DNA from: Bugula neritina
Taxonomy: Eukaryota > Animalia > Bryozoa
Direction: 5' to 3'
Length of the DNA: 64,000 bases
Assembly: GCA_964035545.1 (NCBI GenBank)
Contig: OZ037765.1
Span: 4,784,698 to 4,848,697 of the forward strand
Part shown: positions 32,401 to 55,200 of the stretch, piece after piece
Layout of the letters: every line of letters begins with the position of its first letter
How positions within the stretch are numbered: the stretch's first letter is position 1
The notes under the pieces: generated by a model
What the model was told of the DNA's origin: nothing
Databases searched by the model: none
What the model saw: the letters and a program-made list of their open reading frames with translations, nothing else
Translations under genes and position numbers: made by a program

Positions 32401-35400
32401 CCTGAGTGGTTGTCTGAGAAGCTGCCACTTCGGGTCCTCGGGGAAGTGGGAGTAGACGAGAGCCTCTGGGTCAGGGCAGAAGTAGAAGTCATCGTACTCG
32501 TACACCATGTTCTTCGGTACATTGCAGTCGTTGGACTGGAGGTACCTGTGGAGGAATACGAGGAGTATATAGATCTGATATCGTAGGGGAACATACAGGA
32601 CTGGTATTGTAGGAGAACATATAGGTAAAATATTACAGTGTAACACGCACTACGTTCCCACCGCTTCCTTTTAATGGATTTTTCATTAGATATTTGAGAG
32701 CAGGTCAAGTGAATAAAATAACAATCATAAATTAATGCAAACCCATTCATAGTATCCATTTGATGTTATTGGAACACCCTAATAAAGGTTCTTTACTGTA
32801 GTGTATATTTATTATAAGGTAAACTTAATATACTTGATGTAAAAATTCATAAATCAGTAAGGAAACATTGTAGTTTGGTGTTGGGTTTAGTGTGATGAAC
32901 AATGTCTAGCGATCTCAACCCCCTATGGTGGAGTGAGATCACAAGAGTGCAGACGTACCGAGTGGCCCAGTGGCAGTCAACCAGCTGCCAGGCATCGTCC
33001 ACGAAGATCACATTCCAGCTGTGGTTGAACTTCTGGTCCTGGAGGGAGGATCCTGGTCTCACCTCTATACCCTTAGCGTAGCCCACCACAGTGATGCACG
33101 GTATTCCAGCGTAGCTGGAGGATTATATACACACATGGTTAGTATTGATGACAAGGAATAGTAGTAGAAGTACAAAAAGCATTACGAGATTTGTACTGGT
33201 TATATCTTTACTGCTTCTAAAGACATTTAGGTGCAGCAGTGGAGAAATTGAGATAGCATAGGTTCTTTAATTTTCTTGAAAAAAATTGGTTTGAAATTCC
33301 CATGAAAAAATAACTTCTTTTGCTACATTTCTAATCTAGAACGCAGAGTTTTCTCCATTACTGCACCTACCTCTCTAAGAAAAAAACGAAGTACAGATAT
33401 ACCCTGAATATTTTCACATTATGGCTTAAATTTAAAAATAGAGGATAAAACTCTGCGTACAGAAATACTTTCTACCATTCTCCAGAACTTCTACCTGACT
33501 TAAGATTTAGTTATATTCAGTTGTTGTACATTACACTTAAAGCACCAACAGTTAAATATAACTGAAGACAGGCAATAAAATCAGAAAATATATCTAAAAA
33601 TTGTGAACAGTTCAAGCTTTCGCACCATTTGCAACAGCTTCTGTAATTCTATAACTCTTTTAATGAGACAGTGTGTAAAACTCGGCGAAACTTCAAGGCA
33701 TAGCCCAACTAAAAGAGTGGTAAAATTCTACATACTGTTTCACGAGAGCATAAATTTGAGTGGACCTAAATTTCATTCACTACATATTTTTACAATAGAG
33801 CGGTTATTCACGCTCCTTACACAATATCAAAGTCCCATTGACTGTACTTTTGTATGGTGAAGTGGGTCCACATTGCCAAACAGAAATGTGTTAATAATAG
33901 CACCAATGTTTACATAACAAGTAGAAAACCACTTTGAAAAAACACCGGCACTAGTGAGTTTATCTAACCCACTACACGCTACAAGTTCATATAAATAGCA
34001 CACAAGATAACTGCTTTCCCATGAAGTACTGCCGTCGTAGAAGTAGGTTTCTTAACTTACAGACACAAGAGCTCATAGATCCTGCAGTAGGTAGTCTTGT
34101 TGTCTCTGAAGCTCATGAGCAGCTCTTCGGGGGAGCTTGGTGGAGCCCCCGCAAACTCAATACTGTACATGTGCTTACATGTCATCCAGCGAAACAGTAC
34201 TCTGAATATAGAATAGTGTACTAAGTGTCTCAGTAAGACTGCTGACATCAGAACATATAATGTTCCTCCATACAATTTATACTAAGTTCTGCCATTTCAA
34301 ATTTGTGAAAGTCTGGCATTTATTAAATTTGGTGATAGAAAAACAAAATTATCATGAGACTGGGTTATAATATAAGGATAAGTTGTCTGTATTCACACTT
34401 GAGTATCCATAAAAAACCTTTTACAGAATACAAAGCACTTTGTTGACTAAAATCAGTAAACCTGGAGCTTGTTGATAGATCTGCACCATGAATATATATG
34501 TTTCAGCTTAAAAATATACTATACAACTTATTGACAGATTTACTTGAACTCAACTAGCCATCTTTAGCCTAATGATTGGTAATTTACAATTATAGCAACA
34601 TTTACTTATTGCTGGCAAAGTTGCTTTACATTAGTGGAGCAAATTAAATCAAGCATAATTCCTATGAATGGCAAAATCAATATGTTACAATATTACATAC
34701 TAGCACCTCTTCATTATAGGCTACATCTGGAGCAAGTACAATGTGCTACAGTAACTATCTTCACTGTAAACATATAATAGACAGTGCACAATATATTCTA
34801 TATATAGTTTCAAAGCAGCAACTACATGCATGCATCGCCAATACATGGAAAGCAGACGTCTACAAGTTGATATAGTTGCCTAACCCGCTGTTCCGGCTTA
34901 TGTAGGTAGGGGGTTCAGCTACACCCCCCCAAACAAAGACACTAGAATTAAAAATACCTGGCTGCTTCTACATCACTCCACCTCTCAGTATACACAAGAT
35001 GGAATAGCAAGTCTTTAAAAGAGTCATGCTGCATCTCAGCTACCTAAAGCGGGTAGAATACATTGAACTAAGGTTTAGCATTGATTGACCACGTTGCCTT
35101 TGGGAGTGCCTCGCAGCAAACCCCTCTCTATATAGCATGCTGAAGCAGACAGACAGACAGACAGACTAATTCTGTCGTCATTAAAGCGCATATGAAATAC
35201 TACGTCTATATGAACACATGCTTTTAGTAGTTCTGCATACAGGCGAGGTGACCGGTACAACTAAAACATCCGTATGCCATTTCTACCGCCAGCAGGGGTC
35301 AAATTTGAAAACATAGGCATCTTACCGAGCTTTCATCAAGTTATTTTTCCACGATTTACAATATATGAGATGGTAAAGCAAATCCTTGAAGCAATAATGT

Positions 35401-35640
35401 TCATTCAAGGCTACCTGCAGTAGTAGTAAAGGTTGATCATACAACATTATTAGTTCAGTTCACTGAATAGTCTTACTAGCGGTGAGCGCAGTCACATACC
35501 TGCATAGCATGTTGGTCAGCCTGTAGGAAGGTCTGCTCTCCAGGGTATCTCTGAGACCGCAACCATGCTGGCGCAGCAGCATATGGCATCGATGATGTGT
35601 TGACCAGCTGAGGCTGGAAATTGTCCGGAGCCCTCATCAT
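11405..35640 (-). CDS. Hillarin / kyphoscoliosis-peptidase (KY)-like protein with two tandem transglutaminase-like modules, ~1,600 aa by exon sum
   Basis: Module 1 exons: 35500-35640, 35326-35414 or 34958-35043, 34061-34201, 32959-33114, 32402-32545, 30824-31014, 30561-30670, 29548-29671, 29137-29329, 28534-28772. Linker exons: 27733-27873, 26434-26600, 26025-26192, 25295-25858, 18473-18595. Module 2 exons (approximate): 16916-17124, 16378-16581, 15974-16103, 15548-15764, 15168-15416, 14860-15006, 13998-14237, 12752-12880, 12479-12634, 11949-12161, 11405-11602. Both modules carry LC(S/L)YAG..GYAKG, H(A/S)WN, L(I/V)DCHWA, YE.DD.YF..DP..HFPED..WQLL and FEDLP..KS.FF motifs typical of hillarin/KY. 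Confidence 0.88.
14471..14634. mobile_element. ~160-bp MITE-like interspersed repeat, copy 2
   Basis: TAGGAGCAGTAGTGGAGAAAT ... TCTCTATTACTGCACCTACC, homologous to the copies at 4346 and 33228. Confidence 0.75.
15413..15545. repeat. 33-bp minisatellite (~4 copies) filling an intron and duplicating its acceptor
   Basis: Unit TCACCTACAGTATATAATATACACCTATGTAGG. Confidence 0.9.
18948..24099. mobile_element. 5.15-kb foldback-like non-autonomous DNA transposon with ~550-bp TIRs
   Basis: TIRs 18948-~19497 and ~23541-24099 are nearly identical and start TATGGAGTGCCAAATGGTCAAAAATT. 7-bp direct repeat CATTATC at 18941-18947 and 24100-24106. No long internal ORF. Confidence 0.92.
21289..21633. mobile_element. 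345-bp MITE nested in the foldback element (ends resemble PIF/Harbinger-type MITEs; superfamily uncertain)
   Basis: ~70-bp TIRs AGCCTAGGGCCACACTGTGCGTATTTTCGCATGCGAAAAT... and inverse, flanked by TA on both sides. Confidence 0.88.
24213..24700 (-). CDS. Probable alternative first (or cassette) exon of the hillarin/KY-like gene
   Basis: ~163-codon ORF MKSEKKSKLLCIFSSCKEKGEK...HKPYIQ with an in-frame stop 9 codons upstream. Ends at a phase-0 donor CAG|GTATCA that is compatible with phase-0 exon 18473-18595. Confidence 0.6.
24875..24889. promoter_or_regulatory. RFX X-box consensus site
   Basis: GTTGCC-CGT-GGCAAC fits GTNRCC(N0-3)RGYAAC and lies ~175 bp upstream of the ATG at 24700 (- strand). 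Confidence 0.45.
25500..25775 (-). repeat. Coding 24-nt / 8-aa tandem repeat (GDPRYGQ[E/G])
   Basis: GDPRYGQG VDPRYGQE GDPRYAQG GDLRYGQD ... within exon 25295-25858. Confidence 0.9.
29700..29850. repeat. ~17-bp degenerate minisatellite (GAGTTAGTGTGAGTAGA)
   Basis: About 8 degenerate units just upstream of the acceptor of exon 29548-29671. Confidence 0.8.
33228..33371. mobile_element. MITE-like interspersed repeat, copy 3
   Basis: TAGGTGCAGCAGTGGAGAAAT ... TTTTCTCCATTACTGCACCTACC. A lone end of the same family lies at ~23234-23260. Confidence 0.75.
34958..35414 (-). CDS. Pair of duplicated, mutually exclusive exons (35326-35414 and 34958-35043)
   Basis: VALNEHYCFKDLLYHLIYCKSWKNNLMKAR (89 nt) and VAEMQHDSFKDLLFHLVYTERWSDVEAAR (86 nt). 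Both are phase 0 to phase 2 with canonical AG/GT. Confidence 0.85.
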
Positions 35641-37375
35641 CTACAGACGAGATAAAAAAATAACCAAAACTTATAAAGTTCTAAAATATTGGAAACACCC
35701 AGTCAAGTTACAGCTAGAGATTTAGTAAAAGCAAATGATAATTTCAGTCAAGCCTAAATGCCACAAAATCAAAATGGGCATCAATTTTGGTCGCACATTC
35801 ATAGTTATAACAACACCAGTAACTATAAAGTAATAACAGTGATGATTTGAAAAAAATATGTGTTGATTCTACTGTTATTAAACATTGCTGCTACTGTTAT
35901 TGAAATTAAATTAAATCACTACATGAATGAGTATGTTCAATTGTTTGTAACAATTATTATAATAATAAAGTAAATGAGTGTCAGTATGAGTAGGATAAAT
36001 TTATGATATTGATTGGCATTGTCTTGATCATTACGATTGCGCCTGTGACTATCTTAATCTTCATCATTATGAATTAGGTCAATCACAATTTCAGTAAATT
36101 AATATTCACATCGCAGAATAATAGATAATAATTGTGATAACAATTTAAATACTCATGCTGGGAGCAATTCTACTAACTAACTTGAATAATGGTTGTACTT
36201 GTAGGAACAACAATTACTGAATTACTATTAGTATTACGAATTTGTATAGCTAAACTTAAAGTTAATACGAATACTAATACTAATACTGTAATAGGCAATA
36301 AGTATAACTTTAACTTTAAGTATAACATAACATTAACTGATAGAGTGATACTATAAGTATAAGTATAAGTATAACTCAATAAGACCAAGTATTGCTGTTG
36401 CAGCCGAATACTGATAGTAATACTAATAGTAATACTTTTACTTACAGTTACAATAATGATTTAGCAGGCACCAGAGTGGAATATTAAAGATTTAGGAAGT
36501 ATGGGTATGTACGAATCACAGTAATCTTTGATTCTTATGTAGTTTTACTCAACTCGGCAAACTTGTAATAGTTCTAATTTAGTCGAGTCGGTACAAGTCC
36601 TGATTTCTATTTTATATCAATACGCCTCGTTTTATTTCCTAGTTTCACCGTATAAACGTCCGATATGCTTACGATGCATGAGGAAACAACTTCGTAGAAT
36701 ACTCCAATAATGTATAGTGTATAGCATTGTATTTGAAAGAGTTGCATTCTCCTTATTTCTCCAACCGCTGGCCCTTACAAAATCAGGCTTTTAACCAATC
36801 GGTAAAATCATTGAGCTCAGACCAGTAGCAACTCAAGTTTTTCAATAGTATTATTGGACAAGTTGGTTCACTATTGGCTATAAAATTTATGCTACTGCAA
36901 ATAGACTGTGGCTTTCAATTTCACAAATAGTTGTATCAAAGTTTTAAGATCTAAAGTTAAATTCGCAGTTTTAAAGCTAAAAGGACAACGTTTTCAAACA
37001 ATTATTTTTTACGCTATTATTTTTTTAGCAATAACAATTAACTAATAGCTAAAAGACTGACTAATACTAATAGTAATAGTTAATATTATGTTATAGTAAT
37101 TATTATTAGTAATAACTTGATAAGATTAGGTAATAATTAAATCTTATACTAATACTATGAATATGACAATAATAAATTAATTCAATAATTGATTATTTAA
37201 ATTATTAATTTTAGTTGTATTTATTTTCAATCTGAATTTTAGAAACTAGACTCAGACTGAGAGTAAGTTACCTCATGCTCATGCTGAAGCTTAAGCTGAT
37301 GCTCTGACTCTGAACCTGTAATAATGATATATTTTATTTTTCAATGCTTATAACTATAAGTATAACATTAACTAG

Positions 37376-37816
37376 GGGTTGCTGTCGGTTCGTACACAAG
37401 TCGTTTCGTACAGTCAGGTACACCGGTTGTTTTGTACACAAACTGCCGTCCATTTCGTACCCAAAATGAATAATAAATTAATCCACTGGATAACCACTTG
37501 AATGATACTAGTTTACTTATTTATCGCATTCCATCATCATCATGTATCTTTCACACCTCTCATGTCTGATGTCACCTATTAGTATTTAGTATTCAGTTTC
37601 ACTAGCTTATTCTATTGTCATTGATCAATCACCAACTAATCTTAAATCTAGTATGATGAATGTGTTCATATTTATTTTCATATAATAGCTGTACTGTATG
37701 ACTCATACATTAAATAATAAATAGATATCAAAAAATATGTATTTCGATAAATTTATATTGATCATTTGATGTGTACGAAACAACCTTAAAAAGTGGGTAC
37801 GAAAGGACTTACACTC
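37376..37816. mobile_element. Putative ~440-bp non-autonomous DNA element with inverted subterminal TTCGTAC(A/C)C motifs
   Basis: Four TTCGTAC-type motifs at 37388-37462 and two inverted GTACGAA motifs at 37771-37805 around an AT-rich core. No clear TSD. Confidence 0.5.
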
Positions 37817-37844
37817 ATAACTATTACTACTAGTAGACATAGCA

Positions 37845-37975
37845 CTACTGCTGCTGCTGCTGCTGCTACTACTATTTCACTACCGCGCCGCCACCAACAC
37901 AACAACTACTGCTACTACTGCTACTAGGTCTACTACTACAACTACTACTACTACTGCTACTAGGTCTACTCTACT
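37845..37975. repeat. (CTG)/(CTA) trinucleotide low-complexity tract
   Basis: Direct reading. Confidence 0.85.
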
Positions 37976-38443
37976 TTTAGTCAATTTAGATTTAATAATC
38001 ATCTTTACAGTTTGTAGTATGCATTTTAAAATTAAGTATCCAGACTGCAAGTCTTACACAGATTAATGTAAAAAACTATTATATCTTTTATATTAATTCT
38101 TGTAAGACTGTTTCCCATTATGTACAGAGCACTAAATTTATAATTAATTTAGTTTAGCATCGCTAAGTTTGAAACAAGACTATCATTAAATTTATTTCGA
38201 ACTTTTAGTTATTGTATTTATAATTATAATATTTCTTGATGATTACCTAAATATAACTTATCAATTTCAAAGTAATAAACTTTATATTTTAGGACTGTTC
38301 ATATTTTTGTCCAACTTTATGATGGCCTGTCAAAAATATTTAGAATTGGTGTCACCTTCATATTTGTTACTAAATTAGTAAGTGTAGCACATACATGTAC
38401 CAGCAAAACTATAATTATGTTATGCAATATTGTTCTATTTTAA

Positions 38444-41440
<2,997 letters not shown>

Positions 41441-43042
41441 TTCCGTGTCTGACACACACAGTCTAACACTGCCAAGAGTATTAAATTGTGTTCATCTGAT
41501 TTTATCTCAAAAACTAAAGACTGTTTATCTTAATTTATTAATAATTTTCTTGTTATTAGATTGATTCGAAGTTTATTTGATTTTACTAGGTTTTATACTT
41601 TTTTACGATCCTTGCTTACAAGAGATGAGTGAGCTATTCACTCATGTAAAGTTTTATACTCTTGAAATGCATTTCCTGTAAGATTTTGTAATTCATTTCC
41701 TTGTATAGTGTCACTCGCACTTCAATGCTATATGTCCATGTGAAACATTTAGATTTATTTTGTCAATTGGTTTGTAGAAGTAACCAACTAGTTTCCTGTT
41801 ATCTACACAATTTAACACTTGTGGACTGGTTAATATTTCATTCCATTAAAGTAATTTTTAAATCAAAAATTTTTTTACAAAATTCAAAGTCAATATCTTT
41901 TTTAATTCATGCAATAAATTGTTATGATTTGTCTTGCAGGGTAACTGCTATGCAGATACAAACTATATCTTCTTTTTTGAGTTTGACTTAAGATATTCTG
42001 ATTACACTTTGACTCTACATGAATATCCACTAAATCTACTTTTACAGTCGCAGTATTTGCAGATATTTCACTTTATTATTGTTCACAGGCCCATCAAAAA
42101 GAAAGTATAGCATAACCACAGTCAATGATAATTTTCATGCAAGGTTTTTTAATTCTTCTATATTCTTGTTCATAAAAACATGACTCCTGCAACCAAGATC
42201 TTTTAAGTTAGATAATTGAATCAGCAATGCAGCTGGCCCCATGTCTTGAATGTTTAGCTAGAGATTTATAAGGTTAGATAGTGCCAATTAGTGTGCATCA
42301 ACTATTTCTTGGTATGGTAATAAGCCAATTATTTTTTAATTGTATCCAATTCATCACTATCAAACATGACAAACTTGCCGTGTTAATTTTTATCATGCCA
42401 TAATTATAAATGTCATAAAAATAATATCCAATTGCTGATCCATTTCATTGACTGCGTTAATGTCATTAGAGGTGAACTCAGTTTTATTTTTAATATTCAT
42501 GCACTGTTATTAAATAGATAAATTTTCTATTAGCTATAACTGCATTATATATACCAAGTTGACATTTTTAACAACAGTATATTTTATATACCATCTGTGT
42601 ACATAATGCACATGTATAGGCTACAGCTAGCAAAGCTAATATGGAAAACTTTGGGGGAAATAATTTGATATAAAATAGCCTACCTGTGTGTAGAGTGTAT
42701 AGCATATATTATATATGTATATACCATTTATATAGTTCTAGTACTGTACACGGTACTAATAATTATGCTTCCTGTACCACAAGGCAACAAACATACTGGC
42801 GCTTATATTTTACTTACGTAGCAATGAAGTTGTTTCCTCCTAAGAAGTTTGCTTGTAACTAGTTTCTGCATATCTAATAATTATTGGTGGAGTAGCTAAA
42901 ACGTCATTTCCGTGTTGCCTGTAAAAATTTCCTGATACATTTTATGCAGGTTCAGTTTGAGATTTTACAATCTAACTTTTATTCTAAGCTCATTTTCTAG
43001 CTTTAAGTCATCAAGACTCTTGTGGCACTTTTATAGTAAATA

Positions 43043-50872
<7,830 letters not shown>

Positions 50873-52296
50873 TGGCCGCAGTATGCCGACGTAGTTGATG
50901 CTACAGCTGCATGATGATTTAAACTATTAAACTCAATTTATATATGCGAAACTGCTTCACAATGCCAAATACCTTGTGGGAAGTGATTTTATAATAGAAC
51001 TTGCAGAACTGATAAACTGCAATGTTATAATGTGGAGTACTAGCCAACTATAATGGTGTATAGTACAAGTATATAATATGCATGTTTGTAAGAAACCGCT
51101 GTCAAGTGCATAAGATTTTTCTACTGTTGGTTGTTATGTAGTCGGGTACAAGAATTATGTTATAAAATTTGGGAATGTGTGATTAAAGGTACATGATTTA
51201 GTATTAGGCTATCTGAAATGTGTTCAGCTGTTTTACATACAAGGTTTTAGAATCACTTCAATTAGTACTGGTTATTTAGTTTGTATATTATTTTTATTAT
51301 AATCTTAAAAATGAAATTCCATATCATACTGTAAATATGAATATTTCAAGTTTGATAATTTGAAATAGATGTATTTTTAAAGTGTATTTTTATTTAACAT
51401 GGTATCTGTACATTTTGCTAATCTACTCTAAGCCTAATAAACTGGTTTAATACAAAATGGCAACCTGATTTGTTGCTTAGTAAATCCAACCATTTGGTCC
51501 ATAGTTGCCGCGATTATTAGAAAAGACAACTCTAAAATAATGCACTAGATAACAAAATAGCCTTAGACCAACTACACTAACATAATTGGCAATATCTCTC
51601 GCATATGCTTTAGAGTTTAGACTATTATTTGATTTCTACCACTGTCTCCTCAATTTATTGAGTGAAGTGCTGTATGAAACTAACGATAATAAAATGCTAT
51701 AACCTAAATATTTCAGCCTACGACAGTTCTATTTTCTGTACTGAGCATTCATTCATGGCAATATCACTTTTCAATTTCAGTTATTATTTCATATATTGTC
51801 ATAGATACACATTTTGTCTTTTAAAGTCTTCTGTGACTTAACAAGTGTCTACCTATAGTCGGTGTTTGCATCTATCCTTGAGTAAATTCTTCTAAATTAG
51901 ATTAGATTCAGCATTTTCAAACCCAACTTTAATATTTAAGACCTAGTGGTCAATGTCTGTCCCAAGTGTCTGAACCCATGACTTGAGATGTAGGAAACAA
52001 AACAATCTTAGTTAGGTAATGGTTATACTAGCCTTGGTTATTCACCAACAACTAACCTATATGGGCAAATGATGATTTGAGTGATGTCTAATGACATTAG
52101 GAACAGTTGTAACTTTTATATTTATTCTATTTCTTTTCATTAAAAAGACAGAGTTTTATATTTAACAGTAGTAAATATAAATGTTAATTTAAATGTTGAA
52201 AAATATCAACATTTCTGCATTTTTGATAAAAGTAACCCATTTTTTTGGTTGACTACTTATTAAGTTAGCTTATATAAAAGTCCAGTTCTGAACTCC

Positions 52297-55200
52297 TCAG
52301 CTTCCCAAGTCACCGAGTTTAGTCTCCAGAGCCGACGTTAGGTCATCAGACAGTTTGTCTGTAACAGAAGATGTCTCAATACAGCAACAGCTGCTGACAG
52401 TGCAAAGTCTGTTATGTTGAACAGTCATCTAACTAATACTATGTACAGTTCTTATTCACAGTGAGATGCAAAACTAACTGACAGAAGATAGTCACAAGTC
52501 ACAAACACAGAATTATAATAACTGAACTATCAGTGAGGTGTAAAGCAATTCTAAAAGCTTCCAACAAATTAAATACCGAAACAATAGAGTTTGAAAAATA
52601 AAAATTCATAACAAAACTAAACTCGAAGTAATAAGAATACCTGCTCTCTTTTTCTGCTTCTTCATCTTCTTGTATTCTTTCATTCTGCTTTTATTCATCT
52701 GCAACTTGTCTGGAGTGACAGGGGAGCGAACTGCTAAAGCCACATTTCGTCGTGTTTTTCTGCGAGGAGTCGGATCTGGGAGCACTACGTTGTCCAAAAC
52801 TCCTTTTTTGCCCTACAATTATCAGAGCACTACATTTTTACTGAGAGAGATGATATCAGCTGTACTAATTAAGGCATACTTATATTTGTTGACAAAAAAG
52901 GGCACAACTCCGAATATGAGCGCTCAACAATGAAAATTACTAATTTAATATGTTCAGAATTGTGTGTACCTGAATTGTGTTTAAAATAATATAAGCAAAA
53001 AGCAAATAGCCTAATCTAAGTTGTGCTGTAAACAGGAAAATGATTGCTTATTAACCGATACTTAGTACTCAATTAAAAAAGGCACCACATTACATTTTAC
53101 AAAAAGAAAAACATGAAAAATGGAGGTTACACTTGGCCTTAGCATTATCTCCAGTTTTATTTGCTAAATGTAGTTTGAGTGAATTCTCGAAGAATTGTCT
53201 ACAAAAGCTGATAGGTTAGAAATACTACTCCGTAATTTCATTATAGCTAACCAAAATCAACATATTAAAAACTAGAGCAAAGGTTTAAATTTTCTAACAA
53301 ATAGAATGCAGTTACCTTGGAAGTGACTGTAGAAGCTGAGTCATCGGTTGCCATGGTTTCCTCATCATCCGACTCCTCCCCCATCTCCTCATCCTCTACC
53401 TCAGCACCAGCTGTGAAACCTTCACTATTAACTACCATAGCATTGGATATGTGCGGCTTTAATCCTACAACAAATAGCAAGACTTTATAACAGCCAGACC
53501 AAGATTTCAGCCAAAATATGCAGACATAGCAAGCATTATACTGTAGGGCTGTACAAAAACTGCAGTATAAAGTATACAACAAAATTCAATATACAAAGTA
53601 AAACGAATAGCAAAACTTTAAAACAGTCTGACCAACATTTCAAATAAAATATGAGAACAAGGAAAATATATTAGGAATATATGACAACTACAGCATATAG
53701 TATATAATATACAGAGTATATAATATACAGAGTATATAATATACAGAGTATATTATACAGAGTATATTATACAGAGTATATTATACAGAGTATATTACAG
53801 TTAAACATAATAGAATTAGATTAACCTCTGATGTCATCATTTTCATCTTTAGTGAGCGACTCGATATCAAACTCTGCCGACATGGAGGAGACAATCTGTG
53901 CACTGAGGTGGGCGGGCAGAGTATGCTGCTCAGGTGGCTGCGTGTAGTAGGTGATCTTGCCCCTGGCAGCATATATATGATATTGATATTATACACTATA
54001 CTATGGCAGCATATATATGATATTATACACTGTACTATGACGGCATACATATGATATTATACACTATACTATGGCAGCATACATATGATATTATACACTG
54101 TACTATGGCAGCATACATATGATATTATACACTATACTATGGCAGCATATATATGATATTATACACTATACTATGGCAGCATACATATGATATTATACAC
54201 TGTACTATGACGGCATACATATGATATTATACACTATACTATGGCAGCATATATATGATATTATACACTATACTATGGCAGCATACATATGATGTTATAC
54301 ACTATAATATGACAGCATACATATGATATTATACACTATACTATGACAGCATACATATGATGTTATACACTATAATATGACGGCATACATATGATATTAT
54401 ACACTATAATATGACAGCATACATACATATATATTGTGGTGATTGGTAGGTGGAAATGGAAATAGTTTAAACATAGGCCAATCCAGTTCATTATACACGA
54501 AATAAATTGCAATGTCATAACGTCTATTATTAATAAAGCACAAACAGTATTTAGATTAATTTAAATGTCATCCCAGGACTTTAGAAAATTATTACTGATA
54601 ATTTATGGTTGGGACTAAAAGAATATTTTACTGTTTCGTTTTTTCTGGCCAAAACCATGCTATTAAAAATTTAATGAGTTTCAATTGTAAAACATTTTAT
54701 CTTACAGTGCTTTTAACATATTTTGTAGCAGACAGAGAATAAAAATGAGAAACAAAGTTTAGATGAGAATATAATAAAGAAGTGAATCAATAAAAAAATT
54801 ATTCGCGGATCTTCACGGAAACCGCATGGCAAAAATAAACCAAACTTACAAATTCCAATCCTGTAGTACCATGCGGGCAGCTTTAGTGAGATTTGGTAAC
54901 CCCCCTTTCTTGAGCATGCCGTACCGCTTGGCTAGCAGCACCAGGAAATTATTACAGTCTGTGTACATTGGTATCTGGTAACAAGCAGACAAACACACTG
55001 ATAAGGATATAAAATGACTAGTCGGATAATTTTGCTACATGTTTCTACATAAAGATTTAGATGCCACATTAAAAACAAGCAGTTTCATTTAACAATTAAG
55101 AAGTTACTGTCACAGGGTCAGCAAAGCTATTATTAAAATATTATCAAGTACTAGAACCCCCTTTCCCCCTCCGAACAACCACTCTGGTTGAGTCATCAAA

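Noticed and set aside
53965-54425. CRISPR-like array
   Set aside because: Head-to-tail 34-bp units without unique spacers, eukaryotic intron context, no cas genes.
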